A DNA stretch of 64,000 nucleotides from Candidatus Eiseniibacteriota bacterium (GTDB lineage Bacteria > Eisenbacteria > RBG-16-71-46): contig CAVUWA010000010.1 of NCBI GenBank assembly GCA_963744995.1, positions 128,001 to 192,000 of the forward strand, given 5' to 3'. Below the pieces are notes generated by a model, which made no database searches, was not told where the DNA came from, and worked only from the letters and a program-made list of their open reading frames with translations. Shown here in pieces: positions 20,020 to 29,710 of this stretch. Each line of letters opens with the position of its first letter. Positions within the stretch are counted from its first letter, which is position 1. The translations under genes were made by a program, and so were the position numbers.

Positions 20020-21645
20020 TCAGCGCCGCGAGTGTCCGTTCGCCTCGATCGCCTGCGACATGAGCTTGCTCGCCTGCGGGAAGTGACGCAGCGCCTCGTC
20101 GAGCTGGGTGTCCTCTTCGACGAGCACCTTGTAGCGCTCCTGCTGGCCGGCGGTCGCGCCGGCGATCTCGGCGCGCACCTGATTCAGCATGAAGTCCCGG
20201 TCCGCCGCCCACGACGAGTCGCTCAACGTGACGTCGCGCTTGTTCATCTCCGCGCGCAGCGACTGCCAGTCCGCATCGGACAGCTTGAAGGTCGGGCCGT
20301 AGGTCTCCGGCGTCCACTTCGCGTTCGGGCGCTCGTTCAGGTAGTGCGTGGTGAACTCGAAGAACACGCGCTTCTGCAGCATCTCGGCTTCCTCGCGGGT
20401 CAGGTTCTCCGGGCTCTTGATGATCACGTCCGGGTAGATCCCGCCGCCGCCATACACCGTGCGGCCGCTGGTGGTCTTGAACTTGGGCCGCTTCTCCAGC
20501 ACCGAGTCCGGCGGCACGTCTTCGCGATAGGGATCCATCGAGTAGTCGGCGCGGTCGGAGAACTTCTCGTAGTCGCGCTGAATCTCGCGGCCGCTCGGCG
20601 TGTAGTAACGCGCGATCGTGAGCAGCAGCTTGGCGCCGTTCGAGAGCCGCAGCTGATTCTGCACCAGACCCTTGCCGAACGAGTTGGTGCCGACCACCAG
20701 CCCGCGATCGAGATCCTGGATCGCGCCCGCGACGATCTCGGACGCCGACGCCGAACCGTGGTCGATGAGCACCACGATCGGACCCTTGAGGTCCTTCGGC
20801 CGCGACGTGCTGCGATAGTCCGCATTCGACGACGGAATGCGGCCGCGCGTGTAGACCAGCAGCTGATTGGGCGGAACGATCTGGTCGAGCACGTCCACGG
20901 CCTGCGACAGCAGGCCGCCCGAATTCGAGCGCAGGTCGAGCAGCAGCGATTCCATGCCCTCGCCGTCGAGCTTCTCGAGCGCGCGCTCCAGCTCGTCCCC
21001 GGTGGTCTGCGCGAAACGGGTGATGCGCACGTAACCGACGCCGGGACGGATCATGTAGGCGTAGGGCACGCTCTCGATCGGAATGCGCGCACGCTCGATC
21101 GAGAAGTGCAGCGGCTCGGTTTCGCCCTCGCGCTCGATCGTCACGGCCACGGTGCTGCCAGAGGGGCCGCGCAGCCACTTGAACACGTCCTGCGTGGTCA
21201 CGTCCTTGGAGATCTTCTGCCCGTCGATCTCGGTGATCCGGTCGCCGGCGCGGATGCCGAGCCGGTACGACGGGGTGCCCTCGAGCGGCGAGATGACGGT
21301 GATGTAGCCGTCGATGATGTCGAACTGGACGCCGATGCCCGAGTATTCGCCCTGGAATTGCTCGTCCATGCGCTCGGCGCGCTGTTCCGGCAGGAAGACG
21401 GTGTGCGGATCCAGCGTCTTCAGCATGCCGTCGATCGCGCCCTGGATGAGCTTCTGGTTGTCCGGCGCCTCGACGTAGTTGTTCTGCACCAGGTAGAGCA
21501 CCTGGGAGAACAGGTCGAGCTGGCTGCGCAGGTCATCGGTCGCGTGGAGGCCCCGGGCGAGACCGAACCCGAGCAGGAGCGAAAGGGCCATCCCCGCGGC
21601 GAGGGGACCCGGCGAGAAGCGTCGGAACAGAGAGGGCATGGGCAT
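20020..21645 (-). CDS. ctpA: S41 carboxy-terminal processing protease (PDZ)
   Basis: 'LDPHT', 'GIGV', 'DLRSNSGG', 'SASASEI', 'SFGKGLVQ', 'YYTPSGR'. Confidence 0.92.
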   Translation of the reverse strand: MPMPSLFRRFSPGPLAAGMALSLLLGFGLARGLHATDDLRSQLDLFSQVLYLVQNNYVEAPDNQKLIQGAIDGMLKTLDPHTVFLPEQRAERMDEQFQGEYSGIGVQFDIIDGYITVISPLEGTPSYRLGIRAGDRITEIDGQKISKDVTTQDVFKWLRGPSGSTVAVTIEREGETEPLHFSIERARIPIESVPYAYMIRPGVGYVRITRFAQTTGDELERALEKLDGEGMESLLLDLRSNSGGLLSQAVDVLDQIVPPNQLLVYTRGRIPSSNADYRSTSRPKDLKGPIVVLIDHGSASASEIVAGAIQDLDRGLVVGTNSFGKGLVQNQLRLSNGAKLLLTIARYYTPSGREIQRDYEKFSDRADYSMDPYREDVPPDSVLEKRPKFKTTSGRTVYGGGGIYPDVIIKSPENLTREEAEMLQKRVFFEFTTHYLNERPNAKWTPETYGPTFKLSDADWQSLRAEMNKRDVTLSDSSWAADRDFMLNQVRAEIAGATAGQQERYKVLVEEDTQLDEALRHFPQASKLMSQAIEANGHSRR

Positions 21646-21659
21646 TCCCTGGGTTTGGG

Positions 21660-22838
21660 TCAGGCGAACGACGCTCCGGCGCGCAGTCGGGACAGCCGTT
21701 CGACCGCCGCCTCGAGCGTCGCGCGTCGCCGCGCAAAATGGAACCGCAGCCGCTGCCGGCCGTGTTCCGGTGTGGAATAGAAGCTCGAACCCGGAACGCC
21801 CGCCACGCCGACCTCGCGCACCAGCCTGCGCGCGAAGGTGACGTCGTCGCTGGCCCCGAATCCGCCGATGTCCGTCATCACGTAATAGGCGCCCTTCGGC
21901 ATGAAGGCCCGGAACCCGGCGGATTCGAGTGCCGGGACCAGATAATCACGCTTTTCGCAATACCCGCTTGCCAAGCCTTCGTAATAAGACGCTGGCAAGT
22001 CGAGTGCCGCCGCGGCCGCCTCCTGAAGCGGCGCCGGAGCGCCGACGGTCAGGAAATCGTGAACCTTCCGGATCGCCCCCGTGAGGGTCGCCGGCGCCAG
22101 GCACCAGCCGATCCGCCAGCCCGTCACGCTGTAGGTCTTCGAGATTCCGCTGATCGTCACGGTGCGCTCGCGCATGCCGTCGAGCGACGCCATGGGCACG
22201 TGCACGGTGCCGTCGTAGAGGATGTGCTCGTAGATCTCATCGGTGATCGCGATCACATCCCACTTCATGCAGAGGGCCGCGATCGCCTCGAGCTCCGCCC
22301 GGGTGAACACCTTGCCCGTCGGGTTGTTGGGCGTATTGATGACGATCGCCCGCGTCCGATTCCCGAACGCCGCTTCCAGCTCCGCCGGGTCGAAGGACCA
22401 GTCGGGCTCGCGGAGCCGTACGAATCGCGGCTTCGCGCCGCACAGCACCGCGTCCGGGCCGTAGTTCTCGTAGAACGGTTCGAAGACGATGACCTCGTCG
22501 TCCGGATCCACCAGCGCGAGCATCGTCGACGCCATGCACTCGGTCGCGCCGCAGCAGACCGTTATCTCGGCCTCGGTGTCGTACTCGAGCCCGGTGAAGC
22601 GCTTCATCTTGGCCGCGAGCGCGCGGCGCAGGCGCGGCGCGCCCCAGGTAACCGCGTACTGGTTGACGTCGTCCTGGATCGCCTTCGCCGCCGCGTCCTT
22701 GATCACCTGCGGCGCGGGGAAGTCGGGGAACCCCTGAGAGAGGTTCACCCCGTCCACCTCGTTGCAGAGGCGCGTCATCTCGCGGATCACCGATTCGGTG
22801 AATCGGGTGCTGCGTTCGGAAACCGTGCGGTCGGGCAT
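21660..22838 (-). CDS. PLP-dependent aminotransferase class I/II
   Basis: 'NLSQGFPDF', 'NTPNNPTG', 'DEIYE', 'SKTYSVTGWRIG'. Confidence 0.92.
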   Translation of the reverse strand: MPDRTVSERSTRFTESVIREMTRLCNEVDGVNLSQGFPDFPAPQVIKDAAAKAIQDDVNQYAVTWGAPRLRRALAAKMKRFTGLEYDTEAEITVCCGATECMASTMLALVDPDDEVIVFEPFYENYGPDAVLCGAKPRFVRLREPDWSFDPAELEAAFGNRTRAIVINTPNNPTGKVFTRAELEAIAALCMKWDVIAITDEIYEHILYDGTVHVPMASLDGMRERTVTISGISKTYSVTGWRIGWCLAPATLTGAIRKVHDFLTVGAPAPLQEAAAAALDLPASYYEGLASGYCEKRDYLVPALESAGFRAFMPKGAYYVMTDIGGFGASDDVTFARRLVREVGVAGVPGSSFYSTPEHGRQRLRFHFARRRATLEAAVERLSRLRAGASFA

Positions 22839-23015
22839 GCCCAAGTGTAACCCACTGGTGCAGGCGGGATCGCGGGGATTTGCGGGGCGATTTGGCGGGC
22901 CCCGAGGGGGTTTTGGCGCATCCGGTGGCCGGCGCCGGGGCGCGCCGGCTCCCTTCACCGCACCTGGGACGCGCGGGTTTGACAGCCGCTTCGATCACAT
23001 CCGAATCTCGCCCGC

Positions 23016-24449
23016 ATGGACGCGCAGCGCGGGATTGCCCGCCGCATGGTCATCGGCCTGCCGCCGGGCGGGCCCTCCCCGGCCTGGGAGAAGGACTTCT
23101 CCGCCTACCCGCCCGCCGGGGTGATCGTATTTCGCCGCGACTTCGAGGATCTCGAAGGGTTGCGACGGCTGACCGCGCGGCTGCGCGAGCTGGCGCGGCC
23201 ACGGCGGATCTTCATCGCGATCGACGAAGAGGGCGGCTGGGTGTCGCAGCTCGACGGCCACCTCGTCGTGCCGCCCAACGCGCTGCTGCTCGCGCGCGGC
23301 GCCGAGCCCGGGCAGATCGAGATGCTCGCGCGCGTGACGGGGGAACGCCTGCGCGCGCTCGGCGTGGACTGGGTGTTCGCGCCGGTCGCCGACGTCAACA
23401 CAGAACCCAGGAATCCGGTGATCGGACCACGTTCGTTCGGCGCCGATCCCGATGTCGTGTCGCGCTCGGTCGGCGAGGCGCTGGCGGGTTTCCGCGCCGC
23501 GGGGATCGCGGCGTGCTTGAAACACTTTCCGGGGCACGGCGATACGACCGAGGATTCGCACCTCGGGCTCCCTGTGTGCGATGCATCGGCCGCGGACATG
23601 GAGCGGATCCACCTGAAGCCGTTCCGCGATCACCTCGGCGCCGACGCGGTGATGTCGTCGCACGTCGAGCACCGCGCGTTCGACACGGAGAACGCCTCGA
23701 CGTTCTCGCGGAACGTGATGAGCGGACTGCTGCGCGAGCGCCTCGGCTTCGGGGGCATCGCGATCACCGATGCGCTGGAAATGCAGGGTGCGGCGCTCGG
23801 GCAGACGCCGTTCGAAGCCTGCCGGCGTGCGCTCGCCGCGGGCTGCGACCTGATCATGATCGCCCACTGGGACGATTCGATCCGCCGCACGCGGCTCGAG
23901 CTGGCGAACGCGCTCGTCGACGAGGCGTTCGACCGCAGCGTGTTCGACGCGGCCCGGACGCGACTCGCGGCGTTCGACCGGGCGGTCCCCGAGCCGGACG
24001 TCGAGGCGCTGTCGAAGCCGATCGAGGCCCTGACCCCTCCGGGGTGGGCGGAGATGCTCGAGCGCATCATCGAACGCGGGATCCGGATCAAGGGCGCGCT
24101 GCCGGGCGAGGTGCATGGAAAACCATGGCACGTCGTGGAGCCCCGATTCACACGGGGCGGGACGTTCGCCGACGCGCTCCGGGCCGCGGGGGTCGTGGTC
24201 TCGCCCGAGCCGGAGGGCGCCGTGAACGTGCGCGTGTTCGCGAGCCGGGTGCCCCTGCCGATCTCGACGCTCGAGCGGCTGCGCTTCGATGCCGCCGAAG
24301 CGCCGCTGGTCCTGGTGAGTCTGCAGAACGATGACGTCGTGGACGAAGTGCGGGACGCGGCCCTGCGGGTCTCGGCCGCGGACTCGACCGAGGTCACGCG
24401 GCGCGTCGTCGCCCATGCTCTGGCGGCACGCACGTCGTCGCAGGCCTGA
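23016..24449 (+). CDS. nagZ: GH3 beta-N-acetylhexosaminidase
   Basis: 'DEEGG', 'APVADV', 'RSFG', 'KHFPGHG...DSH', 'ITDALEM'. Confidence 0.88.
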   Translation: MDAQRGIARRMVIGLPPGGPSPAWEKDFSAYPPAGVIVFRRDFEDLEGLRRLTARLRELARPRRIFIAIDEEGGWVSQLDGHLVVPPNALLLARGAEPGQIEMLARVTGERLRALGVDWVFAPVADVNTEPRNPVIGPRSFGADPDVVSRSVGEALAGFRAAGIAACLKHFPGHGDTTEDSHLGLPVCDASAADMERIHLKPFRDHLGADAVMSSHVEHRAFDTENASTFSRNVMSGLLRERLGFGGIAITDALEMQGAALGQTPFEACRRALAAGCDLIMIAHWDDSIRRTRLELANALVDEAFDRSVFDAARTRLAAFDRAVPEPDVEALSKPIEALTPPGWAEMLERIIERGIRIKGALPGEVHGKPWHVVEPRFTRGGTFADALRAAGVVVSPEPEGAVNVRVFASRVPLPISTLERLRFDAAEAPLVLVSLQNDDVVDEVRDAALRVSAADSTEVTRRVVAHALAARTSSQA

Positions 24450-24947
24450 AGCCGTCGCGCGGGGGGCCGCGCAGCGCACCGGTGTTGGCCACGATCGAAC
24501 ATTCCATCAGTCACGCGAATCACATGGCCCCGGCCGCGCGATCCGGGAAGATATCGGTTGCACTCGTCGCGAGCCGGCGTAACCTTGCACGTGGTCGCCC
24601 CGGACACCTCGGGCGGCCTGTCTGCACGGCGTCCCTCGGCCGCCCCCCCCCTTGGACCAGCTGCACCCCGGTCCCGCGCCGCTGCGCTCGCCGCATTCGA
24701 CATTGCAGCACTTGACGTCACCACGTGGTCGCAGCCCTCCGACTGTGCAACCACTGGTCGTTCTATTCGTCAGGCTCGACGTCCGGCGCCGGCCGGCCCC
24801 GTCGCGCAGCGGAAGGAGGCGCCCCGGACCTCATACGTCTGGCTGATCGTTCCCGCATCAAGGCACTGGTTCAGAACCTCACCCAACGCGATGCGGAGCG
24901 CCGTCGTCGACTCGATCGCGCGCCGCGAAACCGCAGGGAGATTGACC

Positions 24948-27900
24948 ATGACCGCATGGCCGCACCGCCTGACCCGCTTCGTCCGCCCACCTCTCATGCG
25001 TTCGGGCACGCTCATCGCCACGCTGTTGAGCGCGTCGCTGCTCTTCGCCGCCGCGCCCGTTCACGCCGCCGTGCACAACCTGGTGTTCGGCGCGCCGTAC
25101 GCGGCCGCATCCTTCGGCTCCACGTCGTCGGAGCACTACTCAGGCGGCAGTGCCTGGTCCAAGGTCTACCCGGGCGGACCCAAGTTCGAGCTGTACGTCG
25201 ACGTGGCGTCGCAGTTCGGATCGAGCTTCACCGTCTCGCAGATCCAGTCGATCACCTACCACACGCTCAACGACGCCAACAATCCGAGCGACGTGGACTT
25301 CTTCCTGGCGATCTACACGCAGCCGTTCGGCGGCGGTGACGCCGGCTGGTATGGCCACCGCCTCAACGCGGAGCCGCTGTACTCCACCGCCTACGTCCCG
25401 CCGACCGCGGGCGTGTGGAACGAGTGGAACACGGATCCCGGCGCCAACCAGCTCACCTTCTTCGACAGCAATCACTGCGGCAATCTGGGCTTCTACGGTG
25501 CGCCGCACCTCCAGGACATCACCTCCGGGCCGATCACGTGGTCGACGATCGCCGGAACCGGTGCGACCGCGACGACGACGCCGATCGACTATTCCGGCGA
25601 GCAGGTGCTCTACATCAGCCTGCAGACCGGCAGCGGTTGGGCGTCGTTCGAGGGTCACCTCGATGCGATCACCGTGAGCCTCACCACCGGTGACAGCTAC
25701 GTCATCGATCTCGAAGGCCCGACGGATCCGTTGTACGTGGACGGCGCGTGGGCCGCGGCCGCGCCCGGCACCGAAGTCCCGGGCGGTCATTTCACCGGGT
25801 ACGACGCCTTCGGCACGATCCAGAGCGCGGTGGACGCAGCGATCCCGGGTGGCACGGTGAACGTCGCCGCCGGCGCGTACGTCGAGCAGGTCGTCATCGA
25901 CGGCAAGGACCTCGCCGTGCAGGGCGCGGGTGCGGGGGCGACCACGATCCAGAGCCCGGCGAGCCTCACGGCTTCCTTCATGACCGGCTCCAATACCAAC
26001 AAGCCGGTGGTGCTCTGCCAGAATGCGAACGACATCCACCTGAGCGACCTCACCGTGGATGGTGACGGCCAGGGCAATGCCAACGCGCGCTTCATGGGAG
26101 TCGCGTACTTCAACGCCGGCGGCGCGCTGCTCGACGCGGACGTGCTGCACGTGCGCAACACGCCCGCCGACGGCTCGCAGCACGGCATCGGCGTGTACTC
26201 GTACAACACGACCGGCGGCCCGTACACCCTGGAGTGCGGGAACCTGAACGTCAGCGACTTTCAGAAGAACGCGTTCTCGCTGAGCGGCACCGGCATGACG
26301 GTCAACGTGCACGACTGCACCGCGACCGGCGCCGGGGACATCAGCTACACCGCACAGAACGGCATCCAGGTCGGCTTCGGCGCGGCCGGATCGATCTCCG
26401 ACTGCGCCGTGTCGGGGATCCGCTACACCCCGGCCACGTACGTTGCGAGCGGCATCCTCGTCTACCAGCCCGGCGGCAACGTCGACGTCTCCGGCCTCGC
26501 CGGCAGCAACGCCATCGCCAGCGTGCAGGCGCCGATCAGCTGGTACGACGGCAGCGGCACGATCGACGGCGTGGAGGTCACGGGACCCGTGGTGAGCGGC
26601 GTGGACTTCGGCCCGGTGTTCATCGGCAACTTCACCGCGCCCGCGGCCTATTCCGCGACGGCCGCCGGCAACGCCTCGCGCGTGCCGCCCGCGTCGCCCG
26701 TCGACGACGGCGCCGGCACCTCGATGCGCGCCGCTGCGACGGCGTACGCGGCGTTCAACGTCAGCGTGAGCCATGGCTGCCTCACGGGCGGCGACGTGGC
26801 CGGCACCGACGGCGTCTACGCCTACTCGGCCGGCGGCCCGCTCAACGTCAGCGTGAACAACACCGTGCTCGCCGACTGGGACCGCGGCCTCGTCGCGGAC
26901 GGCGCGGCGGCCTCGCTCACGGCCAATGACAACTCGATCAGCTCGAACCTCAGCGCCGGCTACGACAACAGCGCGAGCCTCGCCGGCCAGGACGCCTCGA
27001 ACAACTGGTGGGGCGCTTCCGATGGCCCGGGCGGCGTCGAACCCGGCTCGGGCGACGCGATCGTCGGCACCGGCGTGGGCGTCGCTCCGTATCTCATCAG
27101 CGGCGTGAACACCAGCGCCGGCTGCGGCTTCGTGCCGCCGCCGGCCAACACCATCGACCCGGTGCCGCCTGCGGGCTGCATTTCGGCCGCCAATTCGTGC
27201 GTCACGGTGGCGGTCGACATCTCGCGCACCAGCTCGGACGACATCCGCGGCTTCAGCGTGCCGATTCAGCTGTCGTCGAATCTCGAGCTGTGCGCGGGCG
27301 TCTCGAGCATCACCGAGGGGACGTACCTCAGCAACGTCAGCGGCACGACCTTCATGGTGACCGATCTCGGCGGCGGCGCGTACACGGTGGACTGCGCGAT
27401 CCTCGGCCTGCCGTGCGGCGCCACCGCGCCCACCGGCAACCTGTTCAACATCTCGGTCAAGAAGGCGGCCGGACCCGACGGCATCGGCACGGTGTCAGTC
27501 GGCACGCCGATCGCGCGCGACTGCGATAACGGTCCCGTCGCCGTCACCGGTGGCGGCTCGGCCGACGTGACGATCGACACCGGTGGCCCGGCGGCGATGG
27601 CCGACCTCGCGGCGAGCCAGGTGATAACCGGGAACGACACCGACGGGACGACGAAGATTCAGCTGTCGTTCACCGCACCCGGCGACGCCTCGGTTCTCGA
27701 GGTCTATCGCGCGGGCTTCGGCAACTACCCCGAGTACGACGACGCGCCAGGCGCGGGCGCCGTCCCGGCGATCCCGAGCTATCCGCCCGCGGCGCCGTGG
27801 ACCCTGACGCCCGTGACTGCGAACGGCCAGAACGACGAGGTCGCCGTGCGCGACTTCTACTACTACGTGGCCTTCTCGAAGGACGCGTGCGGCAACGTCT

Positions 27901-28892
27901 CGGCCGTCTCGAACATGACCGGCGGCACCCTCAACTACCACCTGGGCGATGTCTCCGACGGCGTCACGGCCGGAACGGGCGACAACGACGTGCAGACCGA
28001 GGACATCTCGCTGCTCGGTTCCAATTACGGCATCTCGATCGCGCCGAGCAGTCCGATCGGCTATCTCGACGTGGGCCCGACGACCGACAACTCGATCCAT
28101 GCGCGTCCGACGACCGACAACAAGATCGACTTCGAGGATCTGATCCTGTTCTCGATCAATTACGGCCAGGTGTCGGCGCCGCAGGCCGCGCTGCGGCAGG
28201 TGGCGGCGCGCAGCAACGCCGTGACGCTGCAGGTTCCCGATCTGCCCGCCATCGGCGAGACGTTCGACGTCGCCGTGCAGCTCGCGGGTCGCGGCGATCT
28301 GCAGGGCCTGTCGCTCGAACTGACCTACGACGGCAACGTGATCGAACCGATGGGCTTCACACAGGGCGATCTGCTCGCGCGCCAGGCACGCCCGGCGCTG
28401 CTGCTCGCCCCGGACAAGGCAGGGCTCGACGCCGCGCTGCTCGGCGTCGGAAGCGGCATCTCGGGCGAAGGCAACCTCGCCACGATGCGCTTCCGCGTGA
28501 AGGCGTCCGGCGATCCGGGGCTGCGCATCGCGAGCCTGATTGGTCGTGACGCCTCGAACCACCCGGTGTCGTTCGAAGGCCGGCCGGCGGTGGAAGCCCC
28601 GGCGCAGATCCCGACGCGCACCTCGCTGGGATTCGCGTTCCCGAATCCGAGCCGCGACGGCACCTCGATCGAGCTCGCCCTGGCCCGTGCCGGGCACGCA
28701 TCGCTCGACGTGTTCGACCTGTCGGGCCGCCGCGTGGCGACCCTGCTCGACGGCCGCTACGAGGCCGGCGTGCGGGTCGTGCAATGGAACGGCCGGACCG
28801 ACCGTGGCACCCTTGCACCGGCCGGGTTCTACGTGATTCGTCTCCAGACCGACGGCGTCCAGGTGACCCGTCGCGTCCAGCTGCTGCACTGA
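24948..28892 (+). CDS. Large secreted surface protein: beta-helix, cohesin-like and dockerin-like modules, C-terminal FlgD-Ig/T9SS-like domain
   Basis: Signal peptide, 'TIQSAVDAA..GGTVNVAAGAY' beta-helix start, 'NNWWG', C-terminal 'FPNP...VFDLSGRRV..L...WNG...G.Y'; GGGAG RBS. Confidence 0.8.
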   Translation: MTAWPHRLTRFVRPPLMRSGTLIATLLSASLLFAAAPVHAAVHNLVFGAPYAAASFGSTSSEHYSGGSAWSKVYPGGPKFELYVDVASQFGSSFTVSQIQSITYHTLNDANNPSDVDFFLAIYTQPFGGGDAGWYGHRLNAEPLYSTAYVPPTAGVWNEWNTDPGANQLTFFDSNHCGNLGFYGAPHLQDITSGPITWSTIAGTGATATTTPIDYSGEQVLYISLQTGSGWASFEGHLDAITVSLTTGDSYVIDLEGPTDPLYVDGAWAAAAPGTEVPGGHFTGYDAFGTIQSAVDAAIPGGTVNVAAGAYVEQVVIDGKDLAVQGAGAGATTIQSPASLTASFMTGSNTNKPVVLCQNANDIHLSDLTVDGDGQGNANARFMGVAYFNAGGALLDADVLHVRNTPADGSQHGIGVYSYNTTGGPYTLECGNLNVSDFQKNAFSLSGTGMTVNVHDCTATGAGDISYTAQNGIQVGFGAAGSISDCAVSGIRYTPATYVASGILVYQPGGNVDVSGLAGSNAIASVQAPISWYDGSGTIDGVEVTGPVVSGVDFGPVFIGNFTAPAAYSATAAGNASRVPPASPVDDGAGTSMRAAATAYAAFNVSVSHGCLTGGDVAGTDGVYAYSAGGPLNVSVNNTVLADWDRGLVADGAAASLTANDNSISSNLSAGYDNSASLAGQDASNNWWGASDGPGGVEPGSGDAIVGTGVGVAPYLISGVNTSAGCGFVPPPANTIDPVPPAGCISAANSCVTVAVDISRTSSDDIRGFSVPIQLSSNLELCAGVSSITEGTYLSNVSGTTFMVTDLGGGAYTVDCAILGLPCGATAPTGNLFNISVKKAAGPDGIGTVSVGTPIARDCDNGPVAVTGGGSADVTIDTGGPAAMADLAASQVITGNDTDGTTKIQLSFTAPGDASVLEVYRAGFGNYPEYDDAPGAGAVPAIPSYPPAAPWTLTPVTANGQNDEVAVRDFYYYVAFSKDACGNVSAVSNMTGGTLNYHLGDVSDGVTAGTGDNDVQTEDISLLGSNYGISIAPSSPIGYLDVGPTTDNSIHARPTTDNKIDFEDLILFSINYGQVSAPQAALRQVAARSNAVTLQVPDLPAIGETFDVAVQLAGRGDLQGLSLELTYDGNVIEPMGFTQGDLLARQARPALLLAPDKAGLDAALLGVGSGISGEGNLATMRFRVKASGDPGLRIASLIGRDASNHPVSFEGRPAVEAPAQIPTRTSLGFAFPNPSRDGTSIELALARAGHASLDVFDLSGRRVATLLDGRYEAGVRVVQWNGRTDRGTLAPAGFYVIRLQTDGVQVTRRVQLLH

Positions 28893-29025
28893 ACGCGGGC
28901 CGCTCGGACCGTGCGGGCGCCTTCGGGCGCCCGCCGGCTCGGCGGCCGTACGGACCCGAGCGGGGCGGCGTCGAGATCGTCGCCACCCCGCCGGTTCGCC
29001 ATGAACGACACATCGGAGGACCCGC

Positions 29026-29571
29026 ATGAGCCGCATGGCCCGCTGCTTCGTCACCTTCACGCTCGCATTCCTCGCCGCGTTCTACGGCGGCGCCGCGCGG
29101 GCTGCCTCGGTCACCATGGTTCCAGCCGACACCAGCGTCACGATCGGTGAAACCGTCGTTCTGCGCGTGCAGCTCATCTCGCCCTTTTCGAATTTCGAGG
29201 GCTTCAAGGCCGTCTACCGCTACGAGCCGAACGTGCTCTCCTTCATTGGCGCGACCCCGGGGGAGGTGTTCACGAGCGCACCGGGCGCGATCTTCGCCAC
29301 GCTGCGATCCGAGTACGCCGCGCCCATGGACAGCGTGTGGTACGAAGCCGCCGTGCTGGACGGCACCAGCTCCGGTCCGGGCATCCTGGCATACCTGACG
29401 TTCCAGACCATCGGACCGGGGAACGGGACGATCGTCTGCAAAGGCGTGGACCTGCGCGACTCGGACAATCAGCAGACGCTCGCGACCTGCTTCGACGCGA
29501 TCGTGCACGTGTTCCCGCCGGTGCCCGTGCGGCCGACATCGTGGAGCCGGTTGAAGGTGCTGTACCGGTAG
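29026..29571 (+). CDS. Small secreted cohesin-like domain protein with C-terminal SWxRLKxLYR tail
   Basis: GGAGG RBS, signal peptide, cohesin-like 'Y.PNVLSF...G..F...G.G.LA.LTF' pattern. Confidence 0.7.
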   Translation: MSRMARCFVTFTLAFLAAFYGGAARAASVTMVPADTSVTIGETVVLRVQLISPFSNFEGFKAVYRYEPNVLSFIGATPGEVFTSAPGAIFATLRSEYAAPMDSVWYEAAVLDGTSSGPGILAYLTFQTIGPGNGTIVCKGVDLRDSDNQQTLATCFDAIVHVFPPVPVRPTSWSRLKVLYR

Positions 29572-29710
29572 TCGCTCCGCGTCGCGCCGGGGACGTTCGT
29601 CACACGGGCGCGGCGCCACCGCGCGTCCGCCGGGCCGGCTGCCTGCGTGCCGCGGCCGGATCGCGTTCAGCCTCTCACGCCGCGACACCCCCCTGCGCTA
29701 GGCTTCCCCC

